Below are positions 1-8,189 of a DNA stretch of 32,000 bases, piece after piece. Source of the DNA: Nitrosopumilus sp. K4. Lineage in GTDB: Archaea; Thermoproteota; Nitrososphaeria; Nitrososphaerales; Nitrosopumilaceae. The position numbers were made by a program, and so were the translations under genes. Location of the stretch: positions 598,164 to 630,163 of the forward strand of contig NZ_CP067007.1 of the NCBI RefSeq assembly GCF_018128925.1. The letters run 5' to 3'. The number at the start of each line of letters is the position of its first letter. The stretch's first letter is position 1. The notes below the pieces were generated by a model. That model was not told the origin of the DNA and did not search any database. It worked only from the letters and a program-made list of their open reading frames with translations.

Positions 1-2000
1 AACAAAGAGGAATTACAATTTATCAGGCAAACGTTACCTTGCTCTTTTCTCAAAAAGGCAAGGAATACGTAATTAACATGATTGATACTCCTGGACACGT
101 AGACTTTAGTGGAAGGGTAATTCGAAGCCTCAGGGCAATTGACGGTGCAGTAGTTGTATGTGATGCAGTTGAAGGCATCATGACTCAGACAGAAACTGTG
201 ACTAGAATGGCACTTGAAGAACGAGTAAGGCCTGTCTTGTTTATCAACAAAGTAGACAGACTCATCAAAGAGCTTCGACTGACACCTGAAAAAATGCAAC
301 AGCAACTAGCCGAAGTTGTATCTAACTTTAACCAATTAGTTGAGACCTATGCTGAACCAGAATACAAAGACAAATGGAAGGTATCCATCCAAGACGCAAG
401 CGTTACATTTGGTTCTGCAAAAGACAGATGGGCAATCAACGTTGATATCATGAAAGAGAGAGGAATCACATTCAAAGATGTTATTGATGCTTATACCAAT
501 GAAAAAGTTAACGACCTTGTAGAAAAGGCACCTCTTGCAGATGCCGTTTTGGGCATGGTTGTAAAACACCATCCAGCTCCACAAGATGCAGTCAAGTACA
601 GAATTCCTCAAATCTGGAAGGGTGACTTGGAGTCTGATGTCGGAAAAGCTCTTCTTGCATGTAAAGACGATGGTCCAACAATCATGATGATTGTAAACAT
701 GGTTTTAGATCCTGCAGCTGGTCCAGTTGCAATTGGTAGGTTGTTCTCTGGAACAATCAAAGACGGTCAGACAATTAACATAATTGATTCTAAACGAGAA
801 GGAAGAGTTCAATCTGTGAACTTTTTCATGGGAAACCAAAGAGAACAAGTCGGAGAACTTGGAGCAGGTAACATCCCTGCACTTTTGGGACTGACTGAAG
901 CAAGAGCAGGTAACACACTATCTTCTGTAAAAGACATTCCGATGTTTGAGGGAGTAAAGTATGTCTCAGAACCTGTTGTGCAAATTGCAATTGAACCAAA
1001 ACATCCTAAAGATTTACCTAAACTAGTTGAGGTGCTCAAACAACTAACAATTGAAGACCCAAACCTTATTGTAAAAATTGATGAGGAAAGCGGAGAAACA
1101 ATTGTAGCTGGAATGGGTGTATTGCACCTTGATGTTGCAACGCACCGTATTCAGGATGCTAAAGTTGAGATTGTAACCTCAGAGCCCTTGATTAACTATA
1201 GAGAAACTGTCAAGGGTGGATGTGAACCAATCATGTCAAAATCTCCAAACAGACACAACAAGATTTTCATGAAAGTAGAGCCATTGGAGCCAAAAATCGC
1301 TAACATGCTTAGAACTGGTGAAATCAGTGATATGAAAGACAAGAAAGTAGTTTCAGACTTGCTAAAAGAGTCTGGCTGGGATACTGATACAATTAAGAGA
1401 GTCATGAGATTTGATTCCCGTGGAAATGTTTTGATTAACGGTACAAAAGGTGTTCAGTTTGTTCAAGAATCTACTGATTCAATCAACTCTGGATTTGATG
1501 AAGTGATGAGAGAAGGTCCATTGTGTAAAGAACAGGTGAGGGACTGTAAATTCACATTCACTCACTTTGTACCTCACGAGGATACTGCCCACAGAGGTTT
1601 GTCCCAACTAGGTCCTGCATCACGTAGAGCATGTACTGGTGCAATGCTTACTGCTGGCTGTACTGTGTTGGAGCCAACACTGGCAATTGAAGTTCGTGTT
1701 CCTACTGACTTGGTAGGAAACGTTGCAACTGTTCTTTCTGGTAAACGTGGTAAAGTTTTGGACATGTCTCAAAAAGGCGCATCCAGTATTGTCACTGGCG
1801 AGATTCCAGCTTCTGAAACATTTACGCTATCTGAGGAGATGAGAGGCCAAACTGCAGGTCGTGCAACGTGGAATACATCATTTAAGGCATGGACTGAAGT
1901 TCCAAAATCCATGTTGGCAACTGCTGTTGCTGACATTAGAAAGAGAAAAGGACTGGCACCAGAACCACCAGGTGCAAACGAATTCATCGATAAAGAGTAA
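1..2000 (+). CDS. fusA: Archaeal translation elongation factor 2 (aEF-2), 5'-truncated by the window edge
   Basis: The reading frame is open from base 3 (QRGITIYQANVTL precedes the track's TTG at 39). GTPase motifs DTPGHVDF and NKVDR are present, plus the diphthamide-loop region HEDTAHRG. Stop TAA at 1998-2000. Confidence 0.95.
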   Translation, partial: QRGITIYQANVTLLFSQKGKEYVINMIDTPGHVDFSGRVIRSLRAIDGAVVVCDAVEGIMTQTETVTRMALEERVRPVLFINKVDRLIKELRLTPEKMQQQLAEVVSNFNQLVETYAEPEYKDKWKVSIQDASVTFGSAKDRWAINVDIMKERGITFKDVIDAYTNEKVNDLVEKAPLADAVLGMVVKHHPAPQDAVKYRIPQIWKGDLESDVGKALLACKDDGPTIMMIVNMVLDPAAGPVAIGRLFSGTIKDGQTINIIDSKREGRVQSVNFFMGNQREQVGELGAGNIPALLGLTEARAGNTLSSVKDIPMFEGVKYVSEPVVQIAIEPKHPKDLPKLVEVLKQLTIEDPNLIVKIDEESGETIVAGMGVLHLDVATHRIQDAKVEIVTSEPLINYRETVKGGCEPIMSKSPNRHNKIFMKVEPLEPKIANMLRTGEISDMKDKKVVSDLLKESGWDTDTIKRVMRFDSRGNVLINGTKGVQFVQESTDSINSGFDEVMREGPLCKEQVRDCKFTFTHFVPHEDTAHRGLSQLGPASRRACTGAMLTAGCTVLEPTLAIEVRVPTDLVGNVATVLSGKRGKVLDMSQKGASSIVTGEIPASETFTLSEEMRGQTAGRATWNTSFKAWTEVPKSMLATAVADIRKRKGLAPEPPGANEFIDKE

Positions 2001-2107
2001 AAAGGCAAAGCCCCCCTTTTGTGCGTGAAAAGTTTGTTATGACCTAAACTATAGCGTAGGATTGTTTGTAGGAGAATTGTTATAACGAAAGTATGAATTT
2101 GTGAAAT

Positions 2108-2551
2108 ATGGAAGTAATAGAAATTGTTGGAGTTGTTTCTGCACTTGGAGTGATAGGTGCATTGGTATTTAATGGAATAACAAACTTACGTGATAAAAAA
2201 AGTAGACACTATGAGATATTCCAAGATTTGATGAAAGAATACACTCAGATTCAAGAAGTCATTCCAGATATTGTTAAGATTGCATCATTAGATCGGGCAG
2301 AATTAAAAAAACAACCTGAGACTTTACAAAACAAGGTTCGAATGTATCGATGGAAATTTGTACAATTCCATGAAAAAATTGCCCATCTTGCATTAACTGG
2401 AATCATCCCAAAAGAAATTACACAATTTTTTAATGAAACTTTTCCTGATGCTATAAAACATATTGAATTGAGTCCAAATCCAGAATACATTAAAGAACTT
2501 TCACCCAATTTGTTCAATTGGTGCGAACAAGAAAAAATTAAGACTAAATGA
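2108..2551 (+). CDS. Hypothetical membrane-anchored protein, translationally coupled to cas1
   Basis: 147-aa ORF with an N-terminal hydrophobic helix (IVGVVSALGVIGALVF) followed by a helical soluble part. Its TGA stop overlaps the cas1 ATG (ATGA at 2548-2551). A TATA-like TTATAA lies at 2080-2085. Confidence 0.6.
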   Translation: MEVIEIVGVVSALGVIGALVFNGITNLRDKKSRHYEIFQDLMKEYTQIQEVIPDIVKIASLDRAELKKQPETLQNKVRMYRWKFVQFHEKIAHLALTGIIPKEITQFFNETFPDAIKHIELSPNPEYIKELSPNLFNWCEQEKIKTK

Positions 2552-3543
2552 CATTAAAGGGTCAAAAAAATCATTACAATGTAAAATTCCTCAAGGGTTA
2601 TGGTCATTCAATCTCTATCAAAAATTCCAAAATCATCCTAAAAGATAATCATGACCCGTTTTCTGAGCCTGAAATTGAATCATGGCCTGTTAAAAATATG
2701 CCATATGAGAAAATAGTGATGCAGGGTAAGGGATACATCTCCACTGAAGCATTATCGCAATTATCTGAGAATAATCGAAATGTCATTCTACTTGACAATC
2801 AAGGAAAACCAATAACATTCTGTAATGGCATGATGGATTCACTTACTGCAACAAAATACAGAATGGCACAATATGATACATTCAGAGATGAATCAAAGTG
2901 TCAGTATTTGCGACAGCAAATCATACAAGCCAAGAAAGAGTCTCAACTAAAACTACTCAAGTTGATTGGTAGTGACATAACTGAATTGCCTGATACAGAA
3001 CATCTTTCAGCCAAAGTCTATTGGTCGGAATTTTCTAAATTTATTCCTGAAAAATATGGATTTTCATCTAGAAATCAATCCCAAATTAGAAACTCCAAAA
3101 ACAATGCAACTGATATCATCAACGCCTTGCTAAACTATGGATATTCTGTCTTGGCAGGGGAGATTTCAAAATTTGTTTGCGGGTTTGGTCTTGACCCATA
3201 TTTTGGATTCATGCATCGTTCGCATACTGGATTTCAGCCGTTGGTGTATGATTTGATAGAGCCGTTTAGGTGGCTGGTCGATTATACCGTCTATGAGATT
3301 GCAAGGGATTCAAATTCCAGAAAACAAATCAAACTCAAAGAATATAGTTATACAAAAGACGGAACTGTTGTTTTGGAATATTCTTTGATCAAAAGATTTT
3401 TGGAGGTGCTAGAGAGACAGTTTGCAAAGGAAAGAAAGTATGATTTCAGGCACGGAAAGAAGACAAAAGATGGTTTGAAGTCAGTTCAAGAAATTACGGT
3501 TGCTAAGATTTTGGTTCAGGATCTTGTTGAGTTTTGTCTCTAG
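2548..3543 (+). CDS. cas1: Cas1-family integrase (solo Cas1 / casposase-like)
   Basis: 331 aa. Cas1 signature blocks seen by eye: NALLNYGYSVL, GLDPYFGFMH (catalytic His), LVYDLIEPFRWLVD (acidic catalytic residues), and TEHLSAKVYW (candidate catalytic Glu). The N-terminal domain has KIVMQGKGYISTEALSQLSENNRNVILLD. No cas2, cas4 or CRISPR array is adjacent. Confidence 0.85.
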   Translation: MTLKGQKNHYNVKFLKGYGHSISIKNSKIILKDNHDPFSEPEIESWPVKNMPYEKIVMQGKGYISTEALSQLSENNRNVILLDNQGKPITFCNGMMDSLTATKYRMAQYDTFRDESKCQYLRQQIIQAKKESQLKLLKLIGSDITELPDTEHLSAKVYWSEFSKFIPEKYGFSSRNQSQIRNSKNNATDIINALLNYGYSVLAGEISKFVCGFGLDPYFGFMHRSHTGFQPLVYDLIEPFRWLVDYTVYEIARDSNSRKQIKLKEYSYTKDGTVVLEYSLIKRFLEVLERQFAKERKYDFRHGKKTKDGLKSVQEITVAKILVQDLVEFCL

Positions 3544-4255
3544 TATCGTTCGATTTCTCTTTTTTTGATTGCTGTTCTTCCTTTCTTTCTCTATCTAATT
3601 TTTGAATACTTGTTTCACCACTTCCAAATTTCTCTCTAAATTCCATGGCATCTTCATATAGTTTTTGAAAATACAATTTGAAAATTGTTGCATCGCGTTC
3701 TTTAGAAAGTTGATTTTTTAATTCCTCTAACACTATCCAACTATTTACAACAGCTCCTGCATATGCCGTAAAGAAAACATCTTTTGGAATATACCCGCCA
3801 AATCTAGCAGGCTTTTTAGTTTTTAAATCTAATTTTCTATAAATCAAAATTCCAATTTCATCCCAATCATTCATTATTTTTTCTCCTTTTTCTCGAAACT
3901 CTTCTTCATGTATTATTTTCTCTGGAATGTAATTACTCCATCGTTCTATAACATATTTTCTATATGATCTATTGTCTTTAGAATTTAGCAATTCGTGAAG
4001 ATGCAACAATGCATTAAATTCTAGATTCTTTCTTTGATAGTGCCAAGTAATTCCTCCTACGGTAATAGCAATAATCGCTGATGCAATTCCAACAATTGTT
4101 TCAGAAGCAATTGGTGGCTTTGATTTCTCAACTACAGGTTCCTCAACTACAGGTTCCTCAACTACAGGTTCCTCAACTACAGGTTCCTCAACTACAGGTT
4201 CTGCAAAGACGGGAACAATAAACAATGATAAAAAAATTATCCAAAAGAATTTCAC
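3503..4255 (-). CDS. Hypothetical type-I membrane protein with (EPVVE)x5 repeat
   Basis: 250 aa. Signal-like N-terminus MKFFWIIFLSLFIVPVFA, five EPVVE repeats, TM helix IVGIASAIIAITVGGITW, then a helical domain and a K/E-rich tail. Its 3' end overlaps the cas1 3' end by 41 nt (convergent). Confidence 0.6.
   Translation of the reverse strand: MKFFWIIFLSLFIVPVFAEPVVEEPVVEEPVVEEPVVEEPVVEKSKPPIASETIVGIASAIIAITVGGITWHYQRKNLEFNALLHLHELLNSKDNRSYRKYVIERWSNYIPEKIIHEEEFREKGEKIMNDWDEIGILIYRKLDLKTKKPARFGGYIPKDVFFTAYAGAVVNSWIVLEELKNQLSKERDATIFKLYFQKLYEDAMEFREKFGSGETSIQKLDRERKEEQQSKKEKSNDTRDKTQQDPEPKS
4127..4201. repeat. Perfect tandem repeat, 5 x 15 bp (CTCAACTACAGGTTC), coding for EPVVE on the minus strand
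   Basis: Five nucleotide-identical units read directly at 4127-4141, 4142-4156, 4157-4171, 4172-4186 and 4187-4201. Confidence 0.95.
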
Positions 4256-4442
4256 AAGATCACTATGAAATGTATGAACTTAAGCATATTGAAATTAAAA
4301 ATAAAAAATGTGGAATTAAATATCCACTTAGTTGTTGTCTCTGTCTCCGCCAGAGGGTTTTCTATGGTTTTTACTTGGCCATCCTCCGCCTTTGCTTTTT
4401 CCTATAACGATTCACCTCCATGTTTTTCACACACAATATGCA

Positions 4443-5012
4443 ATGAAGAAGTACTTATATGATAATCATAGAATACCTAGAATAATGGTAGATTATAGAG
4501 CTGATTTATTACTAAATATCCAAAAAAATATACGGAAATCATATACAAGATTATATGAGCAATATCCAATTTATGGGATTTTCAATAAATCCACACAAAA
4601 GAAATTGCTACAAAATATAGAACATGACCAAGAAAAGTATGGTTCACAATCTTGGAGTAATCTCAGAAAATCAGTTCACAGAAGCTTAATTGACATCTCA
4701 TTGTTTTGCAATATTGCAAGCTCTGATCAATTAGAAAAAACAATGTTTGGTTATGCAGAAGTTCCAGAATTAAACTCAACAAATTCCTCAAACAAACATC
4801 TTTTACCATATATCATATCTTCGATATTGAATCCAAAACAATATCAAAAAACAGACATTTGGAAAATGGATTTATCAAATAGAATTTTGTCTGAAGTTTT
4901 CGAGTTTTATAGAGAATCAAACATTGTAAAATCCAAAGCATACCTTAGATTACTGGAAGAAGTCGAAGATTTCCTAAAGTTAGAATTAGAGAGTCGTTAT
5001 AGAAACAGATAA
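4443..5012 (+). CDS. Hypothetical protein (island cargo)
   Basis: The track ORF 4332-5012 begins with TTG and a Pro/Leu-rich unlikely extension. The first ATG at 4443 (MKKYLYDNHRIPR...) gives a 189-aa protein. No recognisable motif. Confidence 0.5.
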   Translation: MKKYLYDNHRIPRIMVDYRADLLLNIQKNIRKSYTRLYEQYPIYGIFNKSTQKKLLQNIEHDQEKYGSQSWSNLRKSVHRSLIDISLFCNIASSDQLEKTMFGYAEVPELNSTNSSNKHLLPYIISSILNPKQYQKTDIWKMDLSNRILSEVFEFYRESNIVKSKAYLRLLEEVEDFLKLELESRYRNR

Positions 5013-5021
5013 TTAGATTTT

Positions 5022-5732
5022 TTATTTTGTTACATACTTTTCTAATTTCTTGACAATTTTTTTTACGTCATTTTCTGATAGGATGTCTTTTTTCTTTTCA
5101 ATCCAAGGCAATATAGTAACCAAGTCTTTTACTGCAACAAACCGATATGCAGGATCATACTTCATGTTGCCCTGTATAGTTAACAGTACTGCTGAAACAT
5201 TTGGATTTTCCATTCCAAACCACTCTTTGAGTGAAATCCACATAATACGTCCTGCTCTGTTTACTTGTTCATGTGGTTCTAGTCCTCCATTCGCTCTATT
5301 TTTGAAGATATAAGTATCTGACCAATTTTTGACTTCAATTACTTGAATGCCTTTCTGAGATACTATAACAAAGTCCATCTGTGCAGATTTGAGACTGCGT
5401 TTACCATTGTATGTAACATGATGAGGTAGTTCTAGATTAATCCCGCATAAAATATTGTACTGATCATCTAGTCTAGATAGTGTGTTCAGAACACGAATCT
5501 CACCTTTTGTGCCTGAATGAAGTGGTGTGTTTATGTGTTTTTCAATTTTATTTATTTGTCGTTTTTTGCGCCATCTTGAGAATTTGTTTCTGATTCCCTT
5601 GTCTTTTATTGAGTCAAATTGGTCTTGAAACTCTTGTTGTACTCTATCAATATCCTTAATTGATTTGACTTCATTTGGTAATTTGTCAAGGAATCTCTTT
5701 TCAGTGTCTGCACGACCGTAAACTATGGCCAA
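5022..5732 (-). CDS. NERD-domain (PD-(D/E)xK-like) nuclease-related protein
   Basis: 236 aa. The pattern GTKGEIRVLNTLSRL...YNILCGINLELP...AQMDFVIVSQKGIQVIEVKNWSD matches the NERD layout (GxxGE ... D-f-v-v ... ExK). Confidence 0.6.
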   Translation of the reverse strand: MAIVYGRADTEKRFLDKLPNEVKSIKDIDRVQQEFQDQFDSIKDKGIRNKFSRWRKKRQINKIEKHINTPLHSGTKGEIRVLNTLSRLDDQYNILCGINLELPHHVTYNGKRSLKSAQMDFVIVSQKGIQVIEVKNWSDTYIFKNRANGGLEPHEQVNRAGRIMWISLKEWFGMENPNVSAVLLTIQGNMKYDPAYRFVAVKDLVTILPWIEKKKDILSENDVKKIVKKLEKYVTK

Positions 5733-5828
5733 TGATAATAATTTTTGAGAGCGAAAATAAAGGATGTGGTAGTTTCATTTGAACAAAATATCACAAAATG
5801 CTTATTTTCATATAAAATTAAGAATAAC

Positions 5829-6044
5829 ATGGACATTCCACGTAGGCCTGAAACACATGTGCCCATAGATGATTCATGGAAGTTAGGAGATGATGGAATT
5901 GATGAAGACGGTCATTATGATGAGACTCGCGACCGAACCTTTCTAAAACGACTAAAACGAGAATATCCTGAAGCTTACAAAGAACTAGTGAAGATTCTAA
6001 GAAAAAACAACCCAGATTACGAATCTGATGAAAAACAAATGTAG
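5829..6044 (+). CDS. Hypothetical small acidic protein
   Basis: The track ORF 5745-6044 starts at TTG. The first ATG at 5829 (MDIPRRPETHV...) gives 71 aa. It is followed by a strong hairpin plus T-run. Confidence 0.45.
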   Translation: MDIPRRPETHVPIDDSWKLGDDGIDEDGHYDETRDRTFLKRLKREYPEAYKELVKILRKNNPDYESDEKQM

Positions 6045-6050
6045 TATTTT

Positions 6051-6097
6051 GCTACCTTTTGTTACACATACCATTTTGTAACAAAATGTAGCTTTTT
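6051..6097. terminator. Near-perfect 16-bp-stem hairpin followed by T5, between convergent genes
   Basis: GCTACCTTTTGTTACA (6051-6066) pairs with TGTAACAAAATGTAGC (6077-6092) at 15 of 16 positions. The loop is 10 nt and TTTTT follows at 6093-6097. Confidence 0.55.
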
Positions 6098-6181
6098 CTC
6101 AGGCACAAAAAAGCTTCAGATATCAAATGGAATTTTTATGATCTTACAAATTTGAGAAATATACTCTGCAAAATTCTAAAA

Positions 6182-6436
6182 TCACTCTTCAATAACACAA
6201 TAAGCTAAGTTAGATGTGTGATTCTTGTCCTTGGCAATGCTTTCCATCATGAGGTTTTTCAGATATTTGAAATGCTCCTCTTGACATGCTTTTGAGCAAA
6301 ACTTTTCAGATAAATCCTGTAATTCTATACCGCATCTGATGCATACTTGGGCCATTACTCTCTCAAAATAGCCTTCCCTGAAAAAGTAAAAGATCTTTGT
6401 ATGAATATTTTGATCTGAAGATGTGAATTTTTTCAA
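6182..6436 (-). CDS. Small FCS/TRASH-like zinc-finger protein
   Basis: 84-aa ORF; an alternative start at Met28 (6355) gives 57 aa. Cys motif CIRCG-x11-FCSKAC (C-x2-C ... FCS-x2-C). Confidence 0.5.
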   Translation of the reverse strand: MKKFTSSDQNIHTKIFYFFREGYFERVMAQVCIRCGIELQDLSEKFCSKACQEEHFKYLKNLMMESIAKDKNHTSNLAYCVIEE

Positions 6437-6551
6437 ACCTTGAAAATTGCCTGAATTCTGGTTCTCAGGTTTACTTTTCTAATCATGTTTGCCAACAATA
6501 TTGCCTTTGAATTTTTAATAATCAACTCAGTAACACAAGGTCGACCTAAAA

Positions 6552-7121
6552 ATGATGAGTCAACTTGAGCCTGGACTAGAACCAATTGAGCGTGAAAGAA
6601 TTCTCCTTGAGAGTATCAAAGAAAACCCTGATTTGCACCACAATGCGTTGCTGAAGACCATCGTACCGAAATACATGGCCAAAAACACATTTGAGAAAAC
6701 TCGTGACTCTTTGCTGGAAAAAGGCGTAATTGCTGTACTGATGAAAGGCAATATGAAATTCTATGTTCCTGTATCAAACTATGAGGCAAAAGCGCAACAG
6801 CATTTTGAGAAAATCACCCATGATTCCTTTCATGACCTAAAAATCTCCGTTAAGCGATTGGTTACTGACTATTCTCACAAGGATGTGGATGAAAAAATTA
6901 ATCTTGCAAATTCAATACTTGGGCATTTACTGCAAACTGATACTGGATTCACCCTTTTGGATTCTATTAAAAACCCAAAAAAAACATTGTACATAGATGA
7001 ACACTTGGAGATCCAACATTTGATTTTTGAAGTAATTGAAATTATCCACAAAGACAAAGATTTTGAAAGCATCTATCCTACGATTCTTAGCTGCATGGGC
7101 AAATTCCTTCCCAAAGCCTAG
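6552..7121 (+). CDS. Putative winged-helix DNA-binding protein
   Basis: 189 aa. The N-terminal ~75 aa (ILLESIKENPDLHHNALLKTIVP...TRDSLLEKGVIAVLMKGNMKFYV) look like a wHTH, and the C-terminus is helical. Architecture resembles the ORF at 15927-16535. Confidence 0.45.
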   Translation: MMSQLEPGLEPIERERILLESIKENPDLHHNALLKTIVPKYMAKNTFEKTRDSLLEKGVIAVLMKGNMKFYVPVSNYEAKAQQHFEKITHDSFHDLKISVKRLVTDYSHKDVDEKINLANSILGHLLQTDTGFTLLDSIKNPKKTLYIDEHLEIQHLIFEVIEIIHKDKDFESIYPTILSCMGKFLPKA

Positions 7122-7173
7122 TATACTTTTCTGATCTAGTTTTTTATTCAAGTGAATTTTACAAGCTGTTGAA

Positions 7174-7401
7174 ATGGGTCTGTTATACACAAAATTTTAT
7201 TTGGATTTTGACCCTGAGGACTGGAAACAGGTTTCAACAAATCCAATAATATTTGAAGCCTTAGATGACAATGTCATTTTGGATATTGATGACACCTCTC
7301 AGAATAATTACAAATTAAAATTCAAAAAAGGTGGAAAGTTACAAATGTTCAGAGTGGTTGGAAAATTCCGACTGACTTGGAACGATGATGATGTTCTGTA
7401 A
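7174..7401 (+). CDS. Hypothetical protein
   Basis: 75-aa ORF with an ATG start, non-overlapping, in the island. No motif recognised. Confidence 0.35.
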   Translation: MGLLYTKFYLDFDPEDWKQVSTNPIIFEALDDNVILDIDDTSQNNYKLKFKKGGKLQMFRVVGKFRLTWNDDDVL

Positions 7402-7442
7402 TTCCTGAAAAAATTATAACGGGTTGTTGTTTTCAAGATATC

Positions 7443-7673
7443 ATGTCCTTGACTGAGGAAATACAACAAATTCGATCAGATTTTGAAAACACAGAATCTG
7501 AAAAAATTCTAAAAATTGTTGATGAAATACGAAGTCATTTCAAAAGTGATTTGACAAAAGATTATCTTCAAGGCAAGATAAAATCAATCTCTGAAGTGAC
7601 AGACGAGGCTGAAAAAAAGAAACTTTGCAAGACATTGTTACCCTATTTTGACTGGTATATTCAGGGCCTCTAA
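7443..7673 (+). CDS. Hypothetical helical protein
   Basis: 76-aa ORF with an ATG start. Its stop overlaps the convergent ORF 7670-8092 by 4 nt. Confidence 0.35.
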   Translation: MSLTEEIQQIRSDFENTESEKILKIVDEIRSHFKSDLTKDYLQGKIKSISEVTDEAEKKKLCKTLLPYFDWYIQGL

Positions 7674-8092
7674 TCTGAAAACTGGTTGATTCTTTCCTGA
7701 GCGTTTTTTATTATTGGTATGTCTTTTCTTGCAGTATCTAGTTGCACCAACTGTACAAAATATTCGTGCCCCGTATCCTGTGCTTTTTTGATATCTGATT
7801 CATAACACATTAGTGCTTTTTGAAAAAATGGAATGTCTTCAATTAGCTGATTAATTGGACTGTTATCGGATAAACAATCTTTGATTTTTTGTATTGCCTC
7901 GTCGATTTTTGGAACTGTTTTCATTGCTTCTTGATTCAAAACGGATGCAAACATTGCTGCAGAATCTTTCAGTTCGGGACTTTTTCCAATAGTTCTTAGT
8001 CTTTTTTTATAATGGTTAAGTGATTTTAGGATGATTTCATACCCTCCTTCATCCTTGAAAAAAATACCTCCTACCCAAGTTTTATCTGACAT
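7670..8092 (-). CDS. Hypothetical protein
   Basis: 140-aa ORF with an ATG start and no competing ORF. No motif recognised. Confidence 0.5.
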   Translation of the reverse strand: MSDKTWVGGIFFKDEGGYEIILKSLNHYKKRLRTIGKSPELKDSAAMFASVLNQEAMKTVPKIDEAIQKIKDCLSDNSPINQLIEDIPFFQKALMCYESDIKKAQDTGHEYFVQLVQLDTARKDIPIIKNAQERINQFSD

Positions 8093-8189
8093 TTTTCTTA
8101 TTCTGTTTTTACGTTATAATAATTTCATGTTTTTGGCACTAGTATAATTTCTACTTTCTTCTAATATACTATTGTTGTATAATGAGATT

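Noticed and set aside
336-2008. Five antisense ORFs (63-91 aa) inside aEF-2
   Set aside because: These are shadow ORFs opposite a strongly supported conserved gene. The same reasoning applies to antisense or overlapping ORFs inside cas1-neighbour genes, the 8836-9480 methyltransferase (8942-9130), the coiled-coil gene (9713-10012, 10038-10262, 10578-10790), the OMT gene (11569-11913, 11678-11878), the NHL gene, the 17236-18063 membrane gene (17357-17674), trkH, tatC, the CBS gene (27268-27669), purQ (27677-27952), purL and purF.
1999-2023. Hairpin AAAAGG-N9-CCTTTT with a C6 run just after the aEF-2 stop, considered as an element terminus
   Set aside because: It is most simply a terminator-like structure with a T4 run for aEF-2. 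No inverted G6 or matching sequence occurs at the other end of the island.
2004-2107. Terminal inverted repeats matching the 8560-8680 region
   Set aside because: Manual reverse-complement comparison gave only short AT-rich matches (6-9 nt, such as GAATTT and CTTTTG/AAAAG), which are no better than chance. TIRs were therefore not called.
4335-4400. Possible tRNA fragment or att remnant on the minus strand (GGCGGAGGATGGCCAAGT...)
   Set aside because: The start superficially resembles a class II tRNA 5' end. However, no D-stem complement, anticodon arm or T-arm (GTTC...) can be drawn, so it does not form a cloverleaf.
4225-4462. Short ORFs 4225-4407 and 4265-4462, and the TTG-initiated N-terminal extension of ORF 4332-5012
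   Set aside because: They lie in a divergent promoter gap, overlap each other in different frames, and have odd low-complexity or Cys-rich composition. ATG 4443 is the more plausible start.
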